From Eledone cirrhosa (Eukaryota), in contig OZ024743.1 of NCBI GenBank assembly GCA_964016885.1, positions 354,888,001-354,952,000 on the forward strand: a DNA stretch of 64,000 nt. Reading direction: 5' to 3'. Both the position numbers and the translations under genes were made by a program. The notes below the pieces were generated by a model, which worked only from the letters and a program-made list of their open reading frames with translations, was not told where the DNA came from and searched no databases. Below are positions 10,488-20,864 of the stretch, piece by piece. Numbering within the stretch: position 1 is the first letter of the stretch; each line of letters begins with the position of its first letter.

Positions 10488-10980
10488 GTTTTTTTGTTTA
10501 AAATGAAATTTTGGGTACAAAACCCCAATAACTGGCTATTTAACCCCGAAGGGCCAAATAACGGACAGAAAGACCCCTCTCACGAGGAGGAGGGTGTCTT
10601 TATCAACAATTTGGTTCAAGTTTTAAACAATTTACAATTGTTTTAACGGTTAAAAATTACTATACCTTACAGAGCCGAGCCTCCGTCAACCATGGCATTC
10701 AATAATAATAATAATAATGATTTCTTTATTAACCACAAGGGTTTACATAAAGTAGACATTAAGGACAGTGCAGGACAATGCAGGACGGTACAAATGGGCA
10801 TTTCTGCGTGTAAAAAAACAAAAACAGAGGATGTAACAAAAATAACAATGAAAATAACAATGAAAAATTCCCCAATAGGGGGGAGACTTCGGAGGGACAT
10901 TTGTGGAGAAAGCCCAGTAAAAAGCCACAATGACCCTGACCACCAAGGCAAGTGCCCTCTCCCAGTTTTCCACCTTTAGT

Positions 10981-13900
10981 TTACAGATATATACTCAGAG
11001 TCGGCCCATTCACTCGGGCCATTCTTGCTTCTCTCACCCATCTTTCAACAAAATGCTGGGAAGAGAGCACTTCCTTCTCTACTCTGATTTTCCTTTTCAA
11101 ATGAAATTTGAAAAAGTCAATCAGAGCATCACCGAAGAGGTAAGTGCTTGTCTTCAGCCCTTTCAAACGTGTCCACCATACTATCTCTTTCGCCATGGCC
11201 ACCAGACAGATAAAAACTGCCTGCCCGTCCCGGCTAAAGGAGGAGGGCGGGGCAATCCTCACAATAGACTCAGATGATAGCTGGATCCGTCCTAAACGCG
11301 ACAGCAGGTGTTCGACATAAACCCACAAGTCAGCAATTTTCGGACACTGGACGAGTGCGTGCAGGACGGTTTCGTCGCCCTGCGCGCATCTCGGACATGC
11401 CCGGCTGACGGCACCTCCATGCCTGTAGAGTTTATCCCGAACTGGCAAGGCTCCTCGGTAGCACTGCCAGGCCAGAGATTTCTGGAAGTTGTCCATAGGC
11501 CCTGGCCCGAAAGTTCTTCCGAAGAGATTGGCTAGTTGATTTTCGTCGACGCCTAGAGTTTCCCCAAGTACGTCGTCGCTCTTCCCCTCCACTAATCCTC
11601 TATAGAACGCCGAGGTGGAGTTTCCACCGATCACATTGCCCGATTGGTCGAGGGCTGTGAGCGCCTGAAGACATTCCAGTCTCCAGGCGCTCCCTCTCGG
11701 TCTTCGCTTGACCCAGGACTGCAGCTCCGTCAAGGAAACGAGCTGGGGAAACACGCGTCTAGCAAACGGCGACCACACCTGATCACCGTCGAGGAAGAGG
11801 TGGAGATGTCGTAGCCTGAGCGCGTGCCTGCGCATCATCAGCCACGGCATGCCCAGCCCTCCACGTAGCGGGTGTTGACAACAGATGGACCGCCTGACCA
11901 TCGGAGCACGTCCCTTCCACAAAAAGCGAAAGAGCAAACGCTCCAGCGCAGTCAGGCGAGGCTTAGGACAAGGTACGACGGTTAGGCGGTAGCAGATGAC
12001 AGACGCGATGTACGCGTTAGCCACCTCCGCTCGACCTTTCAGGGATAGCTTCCTCTCCGCCCATTTCTGGGTGAGAGAAGCCACCCTGCTCGTCACCTCG
12101 TCCCAGTTTTTGTCCGTCTGGAGGTCCGGACCGAACCAGACCCCTAGCAATTTAACCGGTCCGTCCGTCCAGCGCCCGACGACGCTGTTGGACGGCATGG
12201 ACCTGCCTCTCCAGGTGCCGAGCTGCAGGCCCACTGACTTTTCCTGGTTGATCATTGCTCCTGTCACCGCTTCGTATTCTCTTTGTGTAGTGCCGATCGC
12301 CTCGATGTGTTTGGCGTTCGACACCACTACGGTGACATCGTCCGCATATGCTGATACGGATCTTCCGCATCCTAGTTCGCGCGGGACCCCCCTCAACGTC
12401 TCCAGTTTGTGCAGTAATGGCTCGAGAGTCAATACGTACAAGAGGGACGAGAGGGGACATCCTTGGCGGACCGAGCGCATGATGTTGAACGGTTCCGACA
12501 GGTGACCGTTCACTCTCACCACAGAGCAGATGTCGCTGTGCATGGCAGCGATCCAGCCTCTGAAGACGGGCCCAAAGCCAGCCGCCCTCAGGACTGCCGC
12601 TAGGTAACGATGGTCGACCCTATCGAAAGCTTTCGACTGATCTAAATTGATCAAGGACCCACCCGTGCCAGGTTCCCTAGCTACCCTCTCTACGATGTAT
12701 CGCATGAGGTGGAGGTTGTCGTGGATGGATCTGTCGGGAATGGCGCATGTCTGCGCCTCTCCCACCAGACCACCAACGACAAGCGCCAACCTCTTTGCTA
12801 GCACCTTGGCCAAAATCTTAAACTCTGTGTTTAGCAGAGTTATGGGCCGGAAATTGTCTATGTTATCCCCCTTGTTCGGATCCTTTCTCAGCAGTGCCAC
12901 CGCTCCTCGGCTCACAGAACTGGGAATTCTCCCGTTCTGTTGCCAGTTGCAGTAGACGTCCGCCAAGAGGCCTCCGAACAAGTCTGGTATCTGTACGTAA
13001 AGTTCATAGGGCAGACCATCCAAACCAGGCGATTTACCCCTTGTGCAGCCAGTCATTGCCTCCCGTACTTCAGCGGCTGTTATCGGCTTTTCGCAACACC
13101 TCGCCTCAGTGGCCGAGAGCCGCGGCAGTCCGTCGAGGTAGACACTAAAGTCCATCCCTCTACCCGGCCCCCCGCTGCCCCCGAACAGCTGAGCGAAGTG
13201 TCGCTGAAAAGCTTCACACATTTGCCCGGGATCGAGTAGCATGCGCCCGTCGTGGTCCACCAAAGACCGGATCGTGGCTTTGTTGCCACGACGCGCCTCC
13301 GCCACTCGGGCCCATTGAACGGCTTTCGTCCCCTCGTGTCTGAGAGCACGCACCCTAGCTCTGACAACGCAGCCTTCGTGCTTTGCATTGAAGAATTGGT
13401 CAAGGGCCAATTTCGCCGCAAGCACGTCGGTCGCAATGCCTTTGCTAAGCGCCTCGTCTAATTTTCTAACTAGTTCTCCCTCTGCTCTATTTTTCTCTAT
13501 TGCTAAAGCCTTACTAAACCTAATCGATTCTATTCTAATCGCTCTTTTCAGAGCAAACCACCACTTGTTGTTGACGATGGCCCCCGTCAACGCCCGCTTA
13601 ACTAGTTCGCTAATCCGGTCTCTGTAGGCCTTGCGCGCTGGTAAGGACGCGTTTAGCTTCCAGTAGCCGGGTCCTCGTCTATGAAGCCTATCTAAGTCAA
13701 GCACACAGGTCACGAATTTGTGGTCCGTGTAGCTGACTATCTTGAATTGTGGACAGCCTATGCTAGACCTATCTATTTCCCTACAAAATACTCTATCTAG
13801 ATATGATCTGGATGACCCTATGCGGTTTGTCCAAGTCCACATTGGCACATTCGGGAAATCCAATCGGTACCTGTCAGACAGTTCAAAACGCCTGAGCAGG

Positions 13901-14400
13901 TTGGTGAGGCTCTTGCACCCTCCACCCCTATCCGCTAATCCCACACAGTCCCAGCGTGCATCTAAGATCCCGTTCCAGTCGCCCACTAACACTAAAGAGC
14001 GGGACGTTCCAAGAAAGGTCTCCAGACGCCGGAAGAAATCAGGCCGCCCTGCTCCTGTCGGGGCATAGACGGCCACTAGCCTGAAAGCTTGCCCGTCTCC
14101 GCTGGTCACGTCCAGCACCACCAGCTTACCCTCTGGGTCCAGGAAGATGGCCCGTATGGCGAGATCCAAACCTCTCCGAAAAAGCACAGCAACTCCTCCA
14201 CCCGATCCAGGACGGCTGGGAGATGCGTACACATCGTAGCCGCCGAAGATCGGTGCGAAGGCCCGTGCTTCGGAGATTCTGGTCTCGCTGATGGCCACTA
14301 CATCTATGTTTAGTGACCTGAGGTCGTTGAGCAGGTGACCCTGCTTCCATGACGACCCCAAGCCACGCGCATTTATGCTGCCTATTCTGAGTGAGGTCAT
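10981..14400 (-). CDS. LINE ORF2 (APE-RT-CCHC), copy 2
   Basis: 1139 aa, only a handful of substitutions relative to copy 1. Confidence 0.95.
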   Translation of the reverse strand: MTSLRIGSINARGLGSSWKQGHLLNDLRSLNIDVVAISETRISEARAFAPIFGGYDVYASPSRPGSGGGVAVLFRRGLDLAIRAIFLDPEGKLVVLDVTSGDGQAFRLVAVYAPTGAGRPDFFRRLETFLGTSRSLVLVGDWNGILDARWDCVGLADRGGGCKSLTNLLRRFELSDRYRLDFPNVPMWTWTNRIGSSRSYLDRVFCREIDRSSIGCPQFKIVSYTDHKFVTCVLDLDRLHRRGPGYWKLNASLPARKAYRDRISELVKRALTGAIVNNKWWFALKRAIRIESIRFSKALAIEKNRAEGELVRKLDEALSKGIATDVLAAKLALDQFFNAKHEGCVVRARVRALRHEGTKAVQWARVAEARRGNKATIRSLVDHDGRMLLDPGQMCEAFQRHFAQLFGGSGGPGRGMDFSVYLDGLPRLSATEARCCEKPITAAEVREAMTGCTRGKSPGLDGLPYELYVQIPDLFGGLLADVYCNWQQNGRIPSSVSRGAVALLRKDPNKGDNIDNFRPITLLNTEFKILAKVLAKRLALVVGGLVGEAQTCAIPDRSIHDNLHLMRYIVERVAREPGTGGSLINLDQSKAFDRVDHRYLAAVLRAAGFGPVFRGWIAAMHSDICSVVRVNGHLSEPFNIMRSVRQGCPLSSLLYVLTLEPLLHKLETLRGVPRELGCGRSVSAYADDVTVVVSNAKHIEAIGTTQREYEAVTGAMINQEKSVGLQLGTWRGRSMPSNSVVGRWTDGPVKLLGVWFGPDLQTDKNWDEVTSRVASLTQKWAERKLSLKGRAEVANAYIASVICYRLTVVPCPKPRLTALERLLFRFLWKGRAPMVRRSICCQHPLRGGLGMPWLMMRRHALRLRHLHLFLDGDQVWSPFARRVFPQLVSLTELQSWVKRRPRGSAWRLECLQALTALDQSGNVIGGNSTSAFYRGLVEGKSDDVLGETLGVDENQLANLFGRTFGPGPMDNFQKSLAWQCYRGALPVRDKLYRHGGAVSRACPRCAQGDETVLHALVQCPKIADLWVYVEHLLSRLGRIQLSSESIVRIAPPSSFSRDGQAVFICLVAMAKEIVWWTRLKGLKTSTYLFGDALIDFFKFHLKRKIRVEKEVLSSQHFVERWVREARMARVNGPTLSIYL

Positions 14401-14435
14401 GTTTAAAATAGAGTGGAAAAGATGGGAAAGACCAC

Positions 14436-16532
14436 TTACCGTACTTTTGGTAGAGGAGGGATGGTTTTTACATCCCTTTTCACTTGATCGTCTGGTGAAG
14501 GGACCGTTGAATCGTCCCTTCGGCTAGTCGTCGGCTCTTCTAAGAGAATGTCTGAATATACTCTTCGATTGATGGTTCCTCCTAGGTCCCTGAAATCACC
14601 AACTGCGTTGGGGAATTTCGTTTTAATGTTTGTGTATTGTTTCTGTGCTATTTTTAGCAGTCTTATGTTAGTTGGCGTTTTGATTGGTGCTGGTATTATG
14701 TAGTCCTGTTGTGAAATGTCTGTGTGTTCAATTATGTAAGTCATTAGTTTCTTGTTGTGTGTGTTTATTGCCGTGCATTTGTTTTTCTGGGGGTGGGGTG
14801 TGGTTCTGCTATTTTCTTGTCGTTGTTGCTGGGTGTGTGTGTTTTGTTGTTGTGTTTGCGATGTTGGTGCTTGTGGTGGTGGTGTTGAAGGTGTTGTTGG
14901 CGGTGGGGTTGTCGCCGGTGGTGATGGTGGTGCTGGTGTGGGTGGTGATGGTGTTGGTGGTGTTGCTGCTGTGGGTCTCTTTGCAGTAGACTTTACCCTT
15001 TTCTCATTTCTTTCCTCCCTTTTCAAAGGCGACGATGCGCTGCTTCTGCGTTTGTGCCTTCTTGCGACCTTTTGCCATCCCTCTCCCACCTCACACTCCA
15101 TGTCTGATTCTGTAAGGTCGGGGAGGGGTACCAGCTCCACTCTTTCACTTGTTGTTGTTGGTGATGTTTGCACTGGAGTCTCTGTTGCAGCTGCATTTGG
15201 TATTGCTGTTGTTGTTGTTAATATTTCCACTGCTGCTGCTGTCTTTGATTTCCGTGGAGTGGGTATGGGTGCCACGGACCTATCGTTCCTGGTTGCCGCT
15301 TGTCCTGTTGCTGGTAGCCGTGGAGCCGGATTCGGAAGGAGGGGGGTTTTCTCCTTTCTCAGGGTCTTCTCGTTGCAGAAGGCCCTGAGGTGAGTCTTCG
15401 ATCCACAGCGAAAGCATTTCGGGCGTTTGCCCTCAACACTTATGGGCAGTTGAGTGCCGTTATCGAAGTCTATCACATCCGGGATAGCTTCGATGCACTC
15501 CTGGTTGGTTTGGATTAGCATCTCAATGGAGGAGCCGACCCAATCTTCTCTTACTTTTTTCTGTACTTGCAGTACAGTTGTTTTGTCCTCGATTCCGACG
15601 AGGACAGACGCGGCCAGCCAAGAAGGGGTCATTCCGGGGGGGACGTGGGTCAGTTTGACCCTCACAATTTTTTGCCCGCAGTAGGAGGGCACCAACACCA
15701 TTTCCTCGCTCCTTAGGGTCACTACTGATTGGGCCTTTGCCTCCTGGGGTGTGGCAAAAAGTACGTCTACGGTGGCATATTTTTTGCCTCGGGTGATGTG
15801 CGTTTTCCGCTGCCACACAGACCCCAAGGCTTTTTGTATTTGGGCCTCTGTGGCTCTTTCCACCCTACGGGATTTTGTACTTACTGTACGGTACGTGACC
15901 GTACAGTGCTCTTGGGTTTCGAAAAATTTTTCCGCTGCCTTGCAGATTGCTCGGTGTCCATTCTTTGTCACCATCTTCTTCGCTTCCTCTAATTCCTCAT
16001 TTGTTATGAGGATTGTTTCCAAGTTTTTCGCAATACCTGCAAATGAGATTGGTTTTTCTCTGCTGTTGTTGTTGTCGTCAGAGCTGCTGGTACTTTTGTT
16101 GTTGCTGCAGGTACTACGACTACTGCCTCCGCCGCTGTTGCTGTGGTTGTTGTTGGTGTTGCTGCTGCTAATGCTGTTGTTGTTTATGCTGCTGGTGATG
16201 CTGTTGCGGCTGCTACTGTTGTTTTCATTGTCACTGTTGCTGTTGTTATTACGGCTGCTACTGCTATTATTCCTGACGTCAGACGAATGAACTGGGTTTT
16301 CGTATTTCCCGCACACCTGTTTCGTCGCTGTCGTCGTCGTCGTGAAGAAACCTTGCACGCTTTGCACGAGACTTTTCTTTTCTTTCGTCACTTGCGAAAG
16401 AGAAGGGAGGGAGAGAGACACATTTAAAGAAGGGAGGGAGAGAGACAATCTTCTCTCTGCTGTAGTGATGATTGAGGAAGAAGAAGACGGAATGAGTGGG
16501 AGTGACGTATGAAATTTCTTTTTCGTAGCCAT
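14436..16532 (-). CDS. LINE ORF1 (CCHC), copy 2
   Basis: Same protein as 8388-10487; ATG at 16532. Confidence 0.88.
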   Translation of the reverse strand: MATKKKFHTSLPLIPSSSSSIITTAERRLSLSLPSLNVSLSLPSLSQVTKEKKSLVQSVQGFFTTTTTATKQVCGKYENPVHSSDVRNNSSSSRNNNSNSDNENNSSSRNSITSSINNNSISSSNTNNNHSNSGGGSSRSTCSNNKSTSSSDDNNNSREKPISFAGIAKNLETILITNEELEEAKKMVTKNGHRAICKAAEKFFETQEHCTVTYRTVSTKSRRVERATEAQIQKALGSVWQRKTHITRGKKYATVDVLFATPQEAKAQSVVTLRSEEMVLVPSYCGQKIVRVKLTHVPPGMTPSWLAASVLVGIEDKTTVLQVQKKVREDWVGSSIEMLIQTNQECIEAIPDVIDFDNGTQLPISVEGKRPKCFRCGSKTHLRAFCNEKTLRKEKTPLLPNPAPRLPATGQAATRNDRSVAPIPTPRKSKTAAAVEILTTTTAIPNAAATETPVQTSPTTTSERVELVPLPDLTESDMECEVGEGWQKVARRHKRRSSASSPLKREERNEKRVKSTAKRPTAATPPTPSPPTPAPPSPPATTPPPTTPSTPPPQAPTSQTQQQNTHTQQQRQENSRTTPHPQKNKCTAINTHNKKLMTYIIEHTDISQQDYIIPAPIKTPTNIRLLKIAQKQYTNIKTKFPNAVGDFRDLGGTINRRVYSDILLEEPTTSRRDDSTVPSPDDQVKRDVKTIPPLPKVR

Positions 16533-16775
16533 GTTGTTTTTTTGTTTAAAATGAAATTTTGGGTACAAAACCCCAATAACTGGTTATTTAACCCCGAAGG
16601 GCCAAATAACGGACAGAAAGACCCCTCTCACGAGGAGGAGGGTGTCTTTATCAACAATTTGGTTCAAGTTTTAAACAATTTACAATTGTTTTAACGGTTA
16701 AAAATTACTATACCTTACAGAGCCGAGCCTCCGCCAACCATGGCATTCAATAATAATAATAATAATAATAATAAT

Positions 16776-16910
16776 TGTTTCTACTTTTGGCACAAGGCCA
16801 GCAATTATCCACTGCATTACTGGTACTTTATTTCATCGACCCCGTGAGGATGAAAGGCAAAGTTAACCTCGGTGGGATTTGAACTCAGAATGGCAAAGAC
16901 CGTAACTCTC
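16776..16910 (-). mobile_element. tRNA-derived SINE (family S1), 5'-truncated
   Basis: Minus strand has B box GAGTTCAAATCC, core GCCTTTCATCC..GGGGTCGAT..GTACCAG and 3' end GGCCTTGTGCCAAAAGTAGAAACA followed by (ATT)n; (AAT)n on both sides. Confidence 0.85.
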
Positions 16911-16939
16911 ATAATAATAATAATAATAATAATAATAAT

Positions 16940-17114
16940 TGTTTCTACTTTTGGCACAAGGCCAGCTATTACCCCAGTGTATTACTGGTACTTTATTTTA
17001 TCGACCCCGTAAGGATGAAAGGCAAAGTTAACCTCGGCGGGATTTGAACTCAGAATAGCAAGGGCCGTAACTCAATACGTCCGACCCTCTACCGATACTG
17101 CCAATCCACCGCCC
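16940..17114 (-). mobile_element. tRNA-derived SINE S1, full length
   Basis: A-box-like TGGCAGTATCGG, B box GTTCAAATCC, same core and tail; (AAT)n on both sides. Confidence 0.88.
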
Positions 17115-17130
17115 TAATAATAATAATAAT

Positions 17131-18140
17131 GATTTCATTTATTAGCCACCAGGGTCGACATGTAGGGGACAATACAAAGACAGGGACAGTGGGGGTTTAC
17201 AATAAGGTCGAGTAAAAGTGCACAATGGCAAGACTAATTTAACAATGACAATATAAAAATATAAAATATACTATGCATAAATATAACAAAATAAATTCCC
17301 CGATAGGGGGTGTACGACCCTGGGGTGCTTCAGGTACCCCACCAATCCTGAACCACCCTGCGCTCCTAGGCGAGCACCCCTCTCCTCAAGTTAGCCAGCC
17401 TATAGGCGCATGATCAGAGTAGGCCCATTCACACGAACCATTCTCGCCACATTCACCCACCTTTTAGCAAATATACTGGGGGGCCGCACTTCTCTCTACA
17501 CCCTCACCTTCCTTTCCAGGTGAAACTTGAAGAAGTTGATGAGGGATTGGCCGAAGAGAAAAGTGTCTGTCTTTAGTCCTTTCAACCTGGTCCACCATAT
17601 AATCTCTTTCGCAACTGCCACCAGACAGGAAAATTTCCTGCTCTTCCTGACCTAAGGAAGACGGTGGATCGATCTTCACTATGGACTCGGCCGATAGCCG
17701 GATTCGTTCCACACGCGACAGTAGCTGTTCGACATAACTCCACAAGTAAGTAATGCACGGACATTGGACAAGTGCGTGCAGAACGGTTTCTTCGTTCTGT
17801 GCGCATCTTGGGCAGGTCCGTCTGAAAGCACTTCCGTGCCTGTAGAGTTTATCCCGAACCGGCATTCCCCCCGGTAGCACTGCCAGGCGAGGGATTTCTG
17901 AAAATTGTCCATCGTCCCCGGCTCAAAAGTCCTACGGTACAGACTGGTCAGTTCGACTTCGTCGAGGCCCAAAGCTTCTCCGAGCGCGTCATCGCACTTG
18001 CCCACCACTAATCCTCTATAGAACTCGAGAGTGGAAGTTCCACTTATCGCATTGCCCGCTTGGTTGAGGGCAGTGAGTGCTTGGCAACATTCCAGGTGCC
18101 AGTCACCCAGTCTCGGTCTCTTCTTGACCCAGGACTGCAG
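17131..18140 (-). mobile_element. Tx1-like LINE, third family, 5'-truncated and decayed
   Basis: LQSWVKKRPR..NFQKSLAWQCY..CPRCAQ..ETVLHALVQC is homologous to the ORF2 C-terminus; distinct 3'UTR ending CCCTGGTGGCTAATAAATGAAATC then (ATT)n. Confidence 0.88.
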
Positions 18141-18671
18141 GAGGAGAGAAGGAGGAGGAGAGGTAGTAACAGAGAATGAGTGAATGAAGGGTGAGGAAGA
18201 GGCCTCATTCTCTGTTAATACCTCTCCTCCTCCTCCTCCTTCTTCCCGTTTGACCTGTGCGTAATTCTTTTCTTTCACACCCTTGGTCTGGCAGGTCGTT
18301 TTTCTTTCTCTCTCTCGTCTACGATTTCACAGAACTTACGTTCACCGAAATCACAGACTAGATCCCTTCTTCCTGCCGTTAGACCTGTACGGTATTCCTT
18401 CCCTGCTCACATTCCAACCAGGTTTGATGGTCTTTATTCTCTCTCGTTCACGATTTCACCGAATTTAAATTCATAGAAATTTGGGACTTGACTCCTTCTT
18501 CCTCACTTTTCGTTGCTTCACCATTTCTGTTTGTTTACACTCGTGTCCCCTTTATTTACGTGTCCCAACGACTTTTTTTAGCCGCTGCTCGCACCAACCG
18601 GAGATATATGATCTTTAAAGTGATGAAATACCAATGATGGTTGGAAGATCACTGATGAAGGACTAAATTTA

Positions 18672-18708
<37 letters not shown>

Positions 18709-19273
18709 TACAATAACAGAGATAGTTTAAAGCTAATCTCTGACTGGTAACCATCTCACTCAACAAACATTAGGTTATATTTTAATATAAACCCAATTTA
18801 AGTATTTGGGGTGCTAACAATATGTATTATGTGGAAAAGCAAGTTGTATTATTTTATGAGATATAATTAAAGTTAAAATAAATATCTCTTTCCAAACAAT
18901 TGTTTCATTATAAGTTTTCCACAAATTCGGAGAATATTTCCAGTTTATGTAGAAGCCTAATATACATTCATGTAAGAATATATTTAGGTGGGCGCTTATA
19001 AATCATCAGTGGAAGCCCATTAAACTTTGATATAAGAAAACATTTCTTACCGCAGTTAAAAATCGTGTCTGTTAAGTTGCTCCTTCCCGCATCGAATGAC
19101 CGGCAAATTTGAAATTCCAGCAGTTTTTGACTGAGGAAGTATTATAGCGTCACTAAGCGGGAAGGGGAGACAACTACGATCCACGGAAGGAGGAAAAAAA
19201 ATAATATACACGCGGGTTAATCAGTTTTTTCGAAAACATTATCAATCCAACGTGTTAAGAACTCAATATATAT

Positions 19274-19434
19274 ATATTTATTAAAATAACAGATTAAAGT
19301 TTAAGCAATGAATCGCTGCTTTCACCCTTAACGGGATCTTCTGAAACTAACTAATGGTTAGTTTCAGAAGATCCCGTTAAGGGTGAAAGCAGCGATTCTT
19401 TGCTTAAACTTTAATCTGTTATTTTAATAAATAT
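19274..19434. repeat. Fold-back inverted repeat, 78 bp arms, 5 nt loop
   Basis: 19274-19351 is the reverse complement of 19357-19434 with one mismatch seen. Confidence 0.93.
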
Positions 19435-19514
19435 TTGCTCTACGGTTCTTATATATTTTATATATATTTATCCTTATCGAGCCCTCTTTGGATTTTAGTC
19501 TTCAAATTTATTAT

Positions 19515-19518
<4 letters not shown>

Positions 19519-19586
<68 letters not shown>

Positions 19587-19599
19587 GTGTGTGTATTAG

Positions 19600-19662
<63 letters not shown>
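19519..19662. repeat. (TA)n/(TG)n compound microsatellite
   Basis: Read directly. Similar tracts occur near 21.5, 25.0, 25.6, 26.1, 27.5, 29.8, 30.6, 58.3 and 61.6-62.6 kb. Confidence 0.95.
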
Positions 19663-19666
<4 letters not shown>

Positions 19667-20342
19667 TGTCTGTGTGTGTTTATATATGTGTTTATATATG
19701 TATACATATATGTGTGTGTATGAGTATGTACCTATATATGAGTGTATGTATATGTGTGTGACTATGAGCGTATGGGTGTCCAAATATCTATGGGATTAGA
19801 TATAAATATGTATATGATTAAACATCCTTTTTGAATGCTTATGGATGTACCTTTTCTATATATTCTGAAATTACATGCAATATAAATATATTTTAACAAT
19901 AATCTGACTCATCATTTTACTAGTATCTAAACTCTAAATAGATGTTTTTACTTATAAAATTCCATATAGCGACTTGGCCTGAATATACACCCCATTTTAA
20001 TTAAAGTAAATTTTTATACGGTTAAGTATTATTAATAGAATTGTAAATGGAATCAGGAATAATATAATATAATGTTATAATATGTTATATTTTATCGCAT
20101 TACATTATATATTTTGCAATAAGAGATGTCTTACTATATCACGTTAAAGTATATTATATATTATATATTGTGCCAAGTCATACTTTTATGTTTTATATTA
20201 TGTGATACATAAGTATGTACGACTACACGTGTATATATATCCATAAATATGTATTTGAGTGTATTACGATTATTTAAATAGGTCGAGCGAAACTATCGAT
20301 AGTCGGGACTAGAAGAACTTTGGTAAAGTTTATGAGCATTTC

Positions 20343-20600
20343 TTCTTCAAACTTACATTTTAAACTTAGCTCAGTTTAATCGATTATTTGTCTAGTTAAT
20401 TTCTACGGACTAAGAGGGAAGACTAGGTAAATCTTATCTGACTGTTCCTCAGAGAGGAAAGTCTGTAACATTTATCTGTTATTTCTTCAAAGTTACATAT
20501 TAAACTGAGCTCCGTTTAAATGATTATTTATCTAGTTAATTTCTACGGACTAAGGAGGAGAAAAATTGGATATATTTTGTCTGACTGTTCTTCAAACTTA
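20343..20600. repeat. Degenerate tandem duplication, ~140 bp unit
   Basis: TTCTTCAAA..TAAACT.AGCTC.GTTTAA..TCTAGTTAATTTCTACGGACTAAG..CTGACTGTTC occurs twice. Confidence 0.75.
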
Positions 20601-20602
20601 TA

Positions 20603-20633
<31 letters not shown>

Positions 20634-20679
20634 GATATAGCGATGTATGTATGAATGTATGCATAGTATATATGATAAT

Positions 20680-20864
20680 TTTTTCTACTTTAGGCACAAG
20701 GCCAGCAATTACCCAGTGCATTACTGGTACTTTATTTTGTCGACCCCGTAAGGATGAGAGGCAAAGTCAACCTCGGCGGGATTTGAACTCAGATCGTAAA
20801 GGGACCTAACTATGCTGGAAAGCATGGCGTCCGACCCTCTACCGATACTGCCAATCCACCGCTG
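20680..20864 (-). mobile_element. SINE S1, full length, with target-site duplication
   Basis: A/B boxes, core and tail present; flanked by TAGTATAT(A/T)TGATAAT on both sides. Confidence 0.88.

Larger units (their letters stand above)
4670..10700 (-). mobile_element. Tx1-like (L1 clade) LINE, full-length intact copy 1 (~6.03 kb)
   Basis: Two intact ORFs; 5' end GAATGCCATGG and 3' end ...CCTTGTGGTTAATAAAGAAATC both abut (TTA)n; same ends in copies 2 and 3. Confidence 0.93.
10719..16748 (-). mobile_element. Tx1-like LINE, full-length intact copy 2, head-to-tail with copy 1
   Basis: Near-identical to 4670-10700; separated from it by (AAT)6 at 10701-10718 and followed by (AAT)9 at 16749-16775. 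Confidence 0.93.

Noticed and set aside
10640-10700. Possible self-cleaving ribozyme at the Tx1 5' end
   Set aside because: No HDV or hammerhead core could be fitted by eye.
19076-19175. Imperfect hairpin enclosing GAAA and CTGAGGA (type II hammerhead?)
   Set aside because: Stems I and III cannot form; only a weak inverted repeat remains.
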